NCBI GenBank assembly: GCA_051294375.1
Contig: CM119271.1
Location: 676,721 to 740,720, forward strand
DNA length: 64,000 nucleotides
Origin: Paraspadella gotoi
Taxonomy: Eukaryota; Animalia; Chaetognatha
Reading direction: 5' to 3'
This document shows positions 47,601-59,600 of this stretch, piece by piece. The position numbers were made by a program, and so were the translations under genes. The first letter of the stretch is position 1. Each line of letters begins with the position of its first letter. The notes below the pieces were generated by a model, which worked only from the letters and a program-made list of their open reading frames with translations, had not been told where the DNA came from and searched no databases.

Positions 47601-50600
47601 AGATAGCTGTTATTTATGTCGGGAAATATTATAAACCTAAAATCTTAGTCAACATGTTTGTTTTTAAATAAAAAAAATCTTAAAAGAATAAGGATCGTCG
47701 CAATCGCATAATAAAAATCTGGATTGACGACAAATTTTGATACTAAAAAAATTAAATTTCAGAAAAGAAAATTAATTTATAAACAGAAAGAAAAATTATA
47801 TTTTGCGATTGTCAATTAAAAAAAAAAATAAAGTACCGAGGAAAATTAAAGTTACAGTTTCTGAAAAAAAAAGTTTTTTCGTCATTGTCAATTGTCATTG
47901 TCAAAAAAAAACTAATCAGCAGACGCAGCCCCTGAGAAAAAAACAAAAACAGACGATTTTTCAAAAACTATTGCATCCCACTAAGAGTTGTAAAGTCGGG
48001 CCAGAAACTGGATAATTTATTATTTAGATAATTTATTTTTCAGCATTAAAAAAAAATTCTAATCATTTTCATTTAAAAAAAAAAAAGAAAGAGAGAGAGA
48101 AGCCAAATCGTTTTCGGACGAATCAGCAGCGGCAGCAGCAGTGGCACCCAGAAAAAAAAATCAAAAGGCAGCAGCAGAAGCAGCAGGAGAAAAGAGAAAA
48201 AGAATAAGCCCTTGCAGAGCCAGCTGCAGACTCGTTTTTTCCTTAATGAATCAGTGACTAGGGAAAAGAAAGAGGGAGAGAGACATGTAATTAAAAGAGA
48301 AAAGCGAGAGAAAAAAAAATAAATAAAAAGAAAATTTGTTTGTTTTGATAAAACGTAAACAAAACATTTAATAACTGTCCAGACTCAATTTTAAGCACAT
48401 CGATGATACACTCAAATTTAATCATAAAAAAGGCGATCTATAATTTATGCGCAAAAGCGTTATAATATCGTCGCAAACGCTAAGCGATTGCGACGATAAA
48501 AAAAAATCCCCTGCAGAGCCCAAATCGTTTTCGAATCAGCAGAAGCAGCTGCAGACTCGTTTTTTTTCTCGATGAAATAGTGACTGGGGAAAAGAGAGAG
48601 AGAGAGCTACATATAATTAAAAAGTGAAAAGAGAGGAGACATAAAAATAAATGAAATTTGTTTGTTTTGATAAAACAAACAAAACGTATTTGATAACTGT
48701 CCTCATCCTATTTAAAGGACCTCGAAGATGAGAAGCTGTATATAAATTTTCAGCTTCATACACCCAAATTTAATCATAAAAAAGGCGATCTATAAATTGG
48801 AACGCCGCCGACGACGACGACGACGCCACTTACGTGCCAAACCACAGCATAAAGAGTTTAATTTAATAAAATTATAAACTACATTTTCGGATACTTAAAA
48901 TAAAAACGCCGAACAACTACCAACCTGAACTTCCAAACTTTTCTGCGTCTTCTCTTTCTGCGCCTCCATTAGTTTCTCCATTTCTTTCAAATGAAGCGCT
49001 TCCGACTCATCGACCTCGCCCTTCAAAGCCTCCGCTTTCGCCTCAGCCTCTTCCTTCCTCTTTCTTTCTTCTTCGCACTTTCCCTCCGCCTCCGCCACGT
49101 TTCTCCGCGCCCTCTCGTTAACCTCCTCCGAATCTTCCTCCATTTTCCGCGCTTTCTCCTTCCATTCCTCCATTTCCTTTTTAATCCTCTCCATCTCCTC
49201 GTTTATCTCCGTTCTCTTCATCGCTTCCTCTTCCTCCTTATATTTTCTCTTAAGCTCTTTTTCCTCCGCTGCTTTCCTTTCGACGACTTTCCAATCGGCT
49301 CGTTCCCGACGCAGCCTCTCCTCAAACTCTTTCTCCGCGGAACGCTCCTTCTCGGCCGTTCGCTCCTCGAACTCCCGCTCCAACTCTTCCTTCGCACGAA
49401 GGCTCCTCTCCTCCCAACTCCTCTCCATGTCCTCCATCTCTTTTCTCTTCCCCTCTTCGAACGCTCTCTTCATCCGTTCCATCCTTTCCTCCCATCCTTT
49501 CTCCATCTCCTCTCTCTCTTTCTCCATCTCCGCCCTCTGCCTCAGCAGCCGCTCCTCCGCCGCCGCGGCCGCGGCCTTGGCTCGCTCCTCCTCCTCGGAC
49601 CGCATCCGGGCGAGGGTGAGTTGCGCCTCGATCTCTGCCTCGGTTGCCTTGTCGCGCCACTCGGCGACTTCGAACTCACGGAGCCGCTCGGCGTCGTCGA
49701 GACGGAGGCGCAGGGACTTCTCCGTCTCTGCTAGCCGGGAATCCAGCGCCGCCAACGACTTGTCCTTGAGGGACTGGTTGTACTCGAAGTAGGTCTTCAA
49801 CTTGGTCAATTCCGCCGAGTGATCGTCGTTGAGTTTCTGCGAGGGATTAAATATATAGATTAAACTCATAAAGGTAAGTTCGCGTATCCCTTCACAAACG
49901 ATCTCACCTTCACTTTCTCCGCGTCTCGTCTATCCTTCTCCTCTTCCCTCTTCCTCCCTTTCTCCTCCTCCTCTCTCTTCACCTTCCCTTCTCTCTTCTC
50001 CAACTCTCTCTCCATGATCCTCCTATGCTTCTCGTTCAACTCGTCCTCTTTCTCCTTCCAGTCTAGATCCATCTTGATCGTCTCCTTCCTCTTCCACTCC
50101 TCCCTCTCCCTCTTCTCCTCGTCCTCGTCGGCTAGGGCCTTCAGCATCTCTCTCATCGCCTCTCCGGTTTCGACGAGGTCTCCTTGGACGGATCGGCGGA
50201 GGGCGAGGGCGGAGTCGCGGACGGCCGAGTGTTGAGAGCGGAGGGCGACGACGTCGGAACGAAGGGCGACCGACTGCCGGAATGGGAGATGAGAAATAAT
50301 CAAATAATAACATTTAAATTAATAAATAAATAAAGGACATAAAAGACTTACCTTCTCCAGCATCTGCGCCCTTGTCGATTCCAACGCCACCTCCGCCCCC
50401 TTCTCCGCGCGATGGGCGGCGATTTGCGCCTTCGCCGTCGCCAATTCAGCCTTCAGCCGAGACACTTCCTCTTCCAATCGGTCCCGGGCAGAGTCGCGCC
50501 TCAATTCCGCCGAGGAAGTGAGCGACGTCGCGGAGAGCGGAGTAGAAAAGTCCGCCGTCACGAAATCCCCTGAAAATTGGTAGAGATTAATGGTTAACTT

Positions 50601-53600
50601 AATAAATATGGAGTAATGCGGAAATGACGACAGCTTTTTAACATCAAGGGGCAAAAACACATTCGATCGAATTAATACGAAGGAGCCGATAACTGAAGAA
50701 TTTTATTTTGTCCGAATAGTTTTTAAATGTGGTACAGCAAGCCTCAAATTAAAACATTTTTGCCACTAAATATTAAATAATTAAATAAATTAAATAATTA
50801 AATAATATGCCTCTAATAATGACCTGTCATGAGCGGCGGCGACGGCGACGGCGACGGCGACGAAAGATTAAAATTAAGGCCGTGATCGAGCGCCTCGTCG
50901 CCTTCGGGACCCACAAGCGTCAACACGTGCGGGTGGGTGGTTGAAGCCGCACCGACACCAGACTCGTCGCTCGGCGTCGTCTCGCGCGAAGACGACGGCG
51001 TCACGGTTTTGCTTCGATCCTGAGACGTCACGCCGCTAGAAACGATGACGGGCGGCGACGATTCGGCTGGAAAAGGAAGAGACAATTGAAGTAAGAGATA
51101 CAAAAAAGATTAGCCGAAACTCAGATATTTTTTTTACTCTGTCTCCTCGCAGCAACATCGGCCTTGAGCTCGTCCTCGGTGGGCGTCGTCCCCGGCGTCG
51201 GCAACTTCATCAGCCCGGGATCGAGGTCGAGCGGTTGGACCAAGTCGCCCGACAATTCCTCGTCCCAAGAAACCGGCATCATCGGTTCGGGAACGATTCC
51301 GTCGACGCCGAAAGAGTCCCGGACTTGGGGTCCCTCGGAGGCGAGCGCCAAGGACATCTCGTGAGGATCATCGGTCTTTTTTTTCAAATAAAAATTTATT
51401 ATTAATTATTTCATACTGTGGCGGTATATTCACACCGCCTCACGTCCACCATCGTTCAGCCAAATCCATTGGCTCAGAGGGGGAACACACCATCCCAGGC
51501 GTAGTGTTCCATCCACAGTCCTAACGACTTCCCTCTGCGTTGGCAAAGCGAGACCGTCCAAGGGTAACCGCGCCAGTGACTGGAGGCGTCACTGAGGGTC
51601 GGAAGCCCCCAAAGCCAACAGTGAGATGCCCCATCCCAATGGGCATCACAGGCAACCCGGCTGTTGCCATAATACACTTTTTTATTGAATGAATTGATAA
51701 TTTTGATTTTATGTACATTTTATGAAAACGAGACTAGGCTAAGACTATGTATGTTACTATGTACGATGGAATGCTCTTTTTTTTTTTAATATTCTACTCA
51801 CGTTGAATGGTCGATCAGGATCGAGGACCTCGATGTCGGAAGCGACGAACGACGAAGGGACGGACGATTGATTTCCAGATGCAGAGAACTTGATACGTGA
51901 GCATAAGAGTCACTTAGTGACACTAAGTACAATACTTCTCGGCCCATCAATTCCCTCAACTAACCTTTTCGGTGCCAGCGTCCACTAGCGGCGCGGCGGC
52001 TTCTTCGGCGATATCCGTTGGATCCATCGGTTCCATCGAAGACGTCGCCGACACGAACGACGCCGCCTCTAGGATTTCCGTCGGGATTCTGAGTAAAGGT
52101 GGGTTTTCTTTCGAAATAAACAAACTAATACGCGGACAATTTTTCAAAAATTATTGAGATAAAAGATGATTAAACCGACCTTAGCACCTCTTCCATCTCC
52201 GGCAAGGCCTCGGCGAGGCTGGCGATGTCTTCGGCGCTGATTTCCGGCAGATCAACATCGAAAGGCGCCGGCGGTTTTGCGGCGAAGGTCGGCAGCTTGG
52301 CCTTCAGCCCTTTGGTTTGGGTAGGCAGAAATTCATTATAATTAGACATGGTTTTTTTTTTTTTTTTTGTGTTTAGATAAACGAAGATTTATTTTTATTT
52401 GAAACATTAAACACTGTTAAAGTAGAAATAAATCTTCTGAGGCGACTTACCACCGGTCTCTCTCTCTAAACCCTTCCTCTCTCCGCCGGTCAATCCACAC
52501 GGTCACTTTGCTCTGGCTTTGGCAATGACCTTAGATTGACCGGACACAGCAATAGGGCCGAGGAGACCGTAAGGTCAAGTTGGTCCGGGCGATGATAAAA
52601 GTGGATCAGAAGAGAGCTCGTCTCAATTCTTTTCAACTTCTCTTACATTGTCACAATCCCTAATCTTTTTTCCTATCTTTATTTTTGTCTTCTACATTGG
52701 TGATCCCGACTAAAAGATAAGTAACCTTCCGAATCATTTACAACTGATCGATTGGTTTATGATTCGATTGATTGAGTGATCGATTATTTTATTTATCAAT
52801 CGTTAAATAGGAGGTTTAATTAGTAACAAAGATTCACTCACGGCCTATTTCGCGATCAGTTTATTTTCGTTTTTCGGCGTATTTTTCTTAATTTTTTTTT
52901 TGTTTTTCAATCTCCAAAAATTAAACTATTTTCGCAATTTTTAATTCTATTTTTCTCAGTCGCGCGCGTCCCTCATTACGTTTCTTCCGACGTCCAACAT
53001 TTCTCATCGCCAACCCTCAAGTTGGTCCGGGCGATGATAAAAGTGGATCAGGAGAGAGCTAGTCTCACTTCTTTACTACTTCTCTTACATTGTCACAATC
53101 CCTCATCTTTTTCCCTACCTTTTATTTTCGTCTTCTACACTTCCTTTGTTAGTAATAATTATACATACTTTTTGAAGCGACGATATTTACTGTCTAGTAT
53201 TTATTGTTATTTTATTTATAAAGACCTGGAAATAGAGATCTGACGACGAAGTGAAGGCCAACCGTCGATTGGAACTCTTTCCTTCTATGCGACTCTTGAC
53301 CCGTTTGAGAATTGGATTCCTATTCAGAGAAGGAAAAATAAAATTTGTAGAGTGTTATTCAATATAATTTAATATAATTTAACATCGATCGAAGAGAACC
53401 TTGGAGATTCCCTCGGCCCACTTGCAGAACGTCTGGGAAAAATGTCGCCGCATGAAGACTTCGATGGCGGATCGAGCGTAGACTGAAGGCGCATAGTGTA
53501 TCTGAGGACAAAAAAAAAATGTCTAAGACAAAGTCGAAAGCGAAATTCGTTGTGAAATTAAACTACAAACAATTTTCGAGGAGCTCTTTAGTCTTTAGTT

Positions 53601-56600
53601 CAAAAATACGGCACCATTTTCCAAAGAAGTCCCATTCTGTTCCCAATCGCTAAATTTAAATTTAACCCTAATATTTAATCTAAATTTTTTTTGAATAATT
53701 AATTTAATCTTTATCATTAATCCCATACCTAATACTTAATCATAATTACTAATCCCTAACCCGTTATTTTATCTTGAGGCTTGTGATAATCCTTTCTTTT
53801 TCGTTGTTATTTGGTATTTAGAGGAAACAAAGTGTTTTTGAATTTGTTACGATTTATTTTTAATAAAGGGACATGTTTCGACTCTTTGGGTTCGAGTTTT
53901 CATCAGCATTTGAAATTCACAAACTTTTCAGTTGTTTTCATTGACTTTGGAAAGAAAGAAGGAGAGAGAGAAGGAGAGAGAGATTGAGAGAGAGAGAGAG
54001 AGCGCGCGCGAGCTTCCAACAAAGAATTGAGTAAAGGACAGTGGTCAGATGTGAGGACAGGTGAAAGTGAGGGAAGGGAATGAGAGTAAGTAAATGTGAA
54101 ATTTGGTGAAAAATAAGAGAGAGAAAGAGAGAGAGAGATAAAAATTAATACATTTGGTAATGTACAATAGTGAAAAAGAAAATAAACTAAATAAATAACA
54201 AAGATTAATAAATAATTGTTTGTGAAAAGTTGGAGATTTGGAATAATGAAAAATTGAAGAATTGAAATAGGCTTAAAAAGAAAAAAAAAATATAAATTTA
54301 TGCTTAAATGGTGCGCTTTCGGAAAAGATGGCTTAATAGTAATATATTTCATTAAGGCAGCATAATAACCTTTAGAAAAGAAATTAAAAAGTAATTTGTG
54401 ACGAACAACTGACTTACCTGCTGCAACATCTCAATCCTTCTTTCGAGGCGTTTGAGCGACTCAAAGTAAATGCCGAACTTCTCGTCGAGTTTTGCCACGG
54501 AGCGTTGCACCATCATGAGCGAGCGAAGCCGGGTGTGGAGGGTTGCGCCCAGCTCGTTCTTGGCGGCGAGGCATCGCCGGGGAATATCTGACAGTCAAAA
54601 TATCAACAAAAACCAAAAAATGGCTACGCACCATAAAAATGTACCATTTACCGTGTAATTGTATGTAGTTTTTAAGCATGTGCGTGAGTTGCTTTTTGTG
54701 CGACGTGCAAAGGTCAGGCAGGATCTCCGGATCTTTAAGGCTGGAGGCTCGATTTTGGTTGGCTCTGAACCCGCCGGCCATTTCGCCCTGTTCCTCGACG
54801 AGCTTCTTCAGGTTGTACATGAGTTGCTCCAAACCGTAGAGACGATCCTCCAGGCCTTTTATCTGATCGAATGGAAAGTTTCTATTGACGATTTATTGCA
54901 TTCAATATGCGAAACGAACTATAAAAGTCTATATGTTACAAAATAATACCTTTCGAAAGTATTAGCTGCTCTCAGAAAATACATTATTATACTAACAAAG
55001 AGAATGCAATATTACCCAAAAAAAGTTCCTTTTTTCAGCATAAAATATCTCTAGCAAAAATTAAATCATATGATTTTGTTTAGACCTCAACAAATTTTCG
55101 GCTTTGCAGAGTCGCCATGATCCGGCCGACTTCCCGTTCGATGGCCTCCTGATGCTCCGCGTTAAGCTTCTCCGCTGCAATGAAGCACTGCTCCGCGATC
55201 ACCTCCACGCTCCCGTGGTCGTCCTTGACGGATAACCAGTCCAAAAGGGACCACGTTTTGCTGTGAAAATAAGGATAGGAAATTTTGACAAGGGGAGAAA
55301 AAATTAAAAAAAATCCATTCCCACCCCTTTCTGTTCAGCCTCTTAGATATTATGATTTTTCATTAATGACTTTCTAACAGAAATGATGTGTGATATCTAT
55401 TATAAAACTAGGACAGATAGTAATCTAACCTTGTGTTGTATAGATGCTCCCTCTATTTCCAGAAGACAACACTGACTTCCCCTTCCCAAATTAAATTATT
55501 AGATAAATAAAACATTTTTAAAAAAGAAAGCAATATATGTTTGATTAAATAATATTAAAAATATTAAAATAGAAAATAGTGAAACAAGTAATTTGCAAAT
55601 TTTCATAAGTATAATATAAATTATACCAATTTCATAAATATAAATATAATATAAATATAAAAATTAAAAATAATAATAATAGTAACGATAATAATAAAAA
55701 ATATAACTAAAAAACTTAATAATAGTTCAAAATAAGAGTTAGGTGAATTACTCAGTTCCCACCTAAGAATTTTTTTTTAAAACAAAATAATTTAGAGGAT
55801 ATTGGGATTACAAAGCCGAAATCCATGAAGGATATAGGTTCTCAACTGATGACCTCGAAAATTATTTTGAGCATACAGGGTAGTGATTCAAAACTTAGAA
55901 TAGTATTTACCATTAGATTTCAATGGCAAATAATTATTGAGTTTTATAATATATAAAAATAATCACTGATGTTTCCTCTTTATGAAACATGTTTTATTTT
56001 CATCATGCTCGGCTCGCACAATATGCCACGGTACCGAGAAGAATGCAACATTGATTGAATTTGCTCCGCGCTGGATTTAAAGCTTAAAACCACTACTAAA
56101 ATAGGTTACATTCCCTAACAGTATTTTATATTATTAAGAAGGTTATTAAGAATAGGAATTACTAGTATTCTAGGTCAGGAAACCTTGCACTAAAGCCCAG
56201 TCGATTAGAGCCATATATATGCATTATGCAAGCAACAATTGTAGCATACCAAAAACCAACCATATAAGTGCTGGCAGCTCCTTTATATGTTAAAAGGAAA
56301 ATTCTAAAGAGATCAAATGAAGAACTCAATTTAAAAATATTTACCGGGACATCTTATCTTTACTACCTAATGACCATTAAGCTGCAGCAGTTTGAGAAGT
56401 TATTTTTATCCTTGATTACTAGAAGTAATTTAAGATGCTGTAAAAATTTTTTTTTCTTAAGTTCATACTGTAGTGGCCACTCTGGCTGAGTGCAATCTCT
56501 GTAAGCTTGGAAAACAATAACTAATGTAGGTGGAACTATGTAAAAAATATCAAAATAATACCATGATGCAAAAAAAATTATCGCGGTTACTTTCCAGCTA

Positions 56601-59600
56601 TTTTTCGGCATTTTAATGTGAAAATCGAAAAATAAAATTTAGATATCAAGAAACTTTGGCCTTTTGTGATTCATTTGAGCTGTGTCTCATTTATGTACGA
56701 CAAAAAATACAAGAGTTCCATGCAAAAGAAAATGAGTTGTCTAAAAAAATGCTTCCTTCTTTTTTATCTTTTTCATATCTACACTTTTCATTTATATTTA
56801 TTTCCGGTTCTTTTTTATTACTTTTGAGTTAAACCATTACTATTAAAAATTCTTTCTTTTTCTCAGTCTCATGTCAAATGGTTATTGCATCATCTCCATT
56901 AGGATAGATTCAGGGATAAATATTAATTCATATGTCAAAAAAAGAGCGGTATTAAAAATACATTAATGCTGTAAATGCTCCAGAATATTCTTTTTATATT
57001 GTAAAGTATGAATAAAAGTTATAAGGCTCCGGGTAATTTTTCTATGAGCAAAGTTATCATTTTCATTTACCTGTGGATATATTATCAGAACCAAATATTA
57101 AACAAGTACAAAAAAAAAAGAAAAATTAAAATTTGGTTGAAATGAAAAACAATGTATCATCACATTATGCATCAACAACTCAAGCCTGGTTTACTTTATA
57201 GGGGATCAATTTATTTTCACTGCTTGCTAAGGACCATTTTTTGCCCTAAATCTGATAAAAAAATCTTAAAAGCATAAGGATCGTTGCAATCACATAAAAA
57301 AAATCTGGATGACGACAAATTTTGATACTAAAAAAAAAATAAAATTTAAGAAAAGAAAATTAATTTATAAACAGAAAGAAAAATTCTATTTTGCGATTGT
57401 CAATTAAAAAAAAATAATAAAGTACCGAGGAAAATTAAAATTCCAGTTTCTGAAAAAAATATATTTTTTTTGATCATTGATAATTGTCATTGTCAAATAA
57501 ACTGATCAGCAGATGCAGCCCTGAGAAAAAAATTTTAGAAAAAAAAAAATTTATAAATTTTATTTTGCGATTGGCAATTTAAAAAAATAATAAAGTACCG
57601 AGAAAAATTAAAGTTAGTTTCTGAAAAAAAAAGGGAAAAAATAATTTTATTGTTAAAAATAAACTAATCAGCAGACGCGGCCCCAGAGAAAAAAAAAAAC
57701 CCAAATAAAAACCCGATGTTGTGATAGCAAAATGATAACATGCGATGCTTAATTTTACGAGTTCAATCCTAATTCAATTTTTTTTTTAATAAAAACGCAG
57801 AGAGAGAGAGAAAAAATCAAAAAAAAATCAAAAGGCAGCAGCAGAAGCAGCAGGAGAAAAGAGAGAAAAAGAATAAGCCCCTGCAGAGTCAGCTGCAGAC
57901 TCGTTTTTTTCCCTATGAATCAGTGACTAAGGAAAAGAGAGAGGGAGAGAGACATATAATTAAAAGAGAAAAGAGAGAGAGAGAAAGAAATATAAAAATA
58001 AAAGAGAGAAAATTTGTTGATTTTGATAAAACGTAAACAAAACATATTTAATAACTGTCCTGACTCAATTTTAAGCACATCGATGATGAGAAGCTGTATA
58101 TAAATTTTCAGCTTCATACACCAAAATTTAATCATAAAAAAGGCGATCTATAATTTGGAACGCCGACGACAACGACGACGACGACTACGCCACTTATGCG
58201 CTTAGCGTTTGCGACGATAAAAATAAACTTTATATAAAAAATATAATTAAATATAATATATAGATAAATAATACAATTTTAACATTTTAACATTTATTTT
58301 TAAATTTTAATAAAAAATTTTAAAGTCTAATATAGTAAAGAGTAATCTTGCAATTTTTCATAATAAATAATAATAATGTACTAAAAAGAACTTTATGATC
58401 CTCATAACTTTTTCTAAGATTTTTCTTTTGAGCTTCAAGATTTAATTCGTTTTCGGGCTTATCATCGTTTTCTAAAAAGACATACCTTTCGTCATCGTTC
58501 GACAACGACGTCCGCGACAGCAAATTGGGCAGCATCGGCACTTTGGACAAGACGAGGAGATCGGTTTTGAAGTCGTTCAACACGCTGAAGATATTCGCTC
58601 TTTCCGCCAAGTAAGCAGAGTATTTCGCTGAGGTGTATGAATTAAAATTTCAAAAAAATCATGCCGCTATTTTTAAAAAAAAAAGGAAAAGAAGGACCAT
58701 AAGACGGACCTCGAAACATGGAGTTCTTTTTATAGAAATCAGCCAAAATGTCGTCAAGATTCGCCAAAACCGCCGCCCAACCTTGATGCATCAAATGCTG
58801 GTCGTGGACCAAATTTTCGCAGATTCGCAACTGTGGGATGTTTAATTTTAAAATAAGCCTCAATCAAAAAATCAATAAATTGATAGAGCAAAAAATCGAA
58901 TCATCAATTGACTATGGTAGATTAAAATCCACCAACCGTTCATCAGCGGCCATTGGTGCCGGAGGCAAGTCATTCGCCTCCCAACCCAAAGGTCCGGGGT
59001 TCTCGCCCGGTGGTGGCCTAGCAGTTAAGAGGGACGGGGCACTTAACCCGCCTGTAACACGGTGTTACAGCCTGATCCGAAGCTCAGGGACTGCTTATAT
59101 TGAACTGTTCTGTCATTAACACATAAAAATTATTACTGTCTCTTCATTGGTGAGCCCGACTTACGAACACCAGCAACAACACTTTCAGGCGACATGCCTC
59201 AACTTGGTGACGAACTTTCCACCAACAACAATTCACTGAAGAGACGCAACAGACTTCTCCCTACGAGAGGGCGGGGGATGTATGGTGGATTAAAATCCAC
59301 CAACCGTTCATCAGCCGGAGGCAAGTCATTCGCCTCCCAACCCAAAGGTCTGGGGTTCTCGCCCGGTGGTGGCCTAGCAGTTAAGAGGGACGGGGCACTT
59401 AACCCGCCTGTAACACGGTGTTACAGCCTGATCCGAAGCTCAGGGAATGCTTATATTGAACTGTTCTGTCACTAACACATAACAATTATTACTGTCTCTT
59501 CATGACTAGCAAAAAAAAAAACCAAGTTGCATTTAAATAATATGTTTAAATTCAACCAAACATGTCTGAACTTCATGTCTCCAACAATATAGAAAATAAT

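Noticed and set aside
51417-51671. Twister or HDV-like ribozyme in the structured family A LTR
   Set aside because: I could not fit the required pseudoknots by eye; an Infernal search would be needed.
58947-59018. Functional tRNA-Gly(CCC) gene
   Set aside because: The anticodon stem does not pair, the T-loop is degenerate and no terminator follows. Treated as a tRNA-derived part of the LTR.
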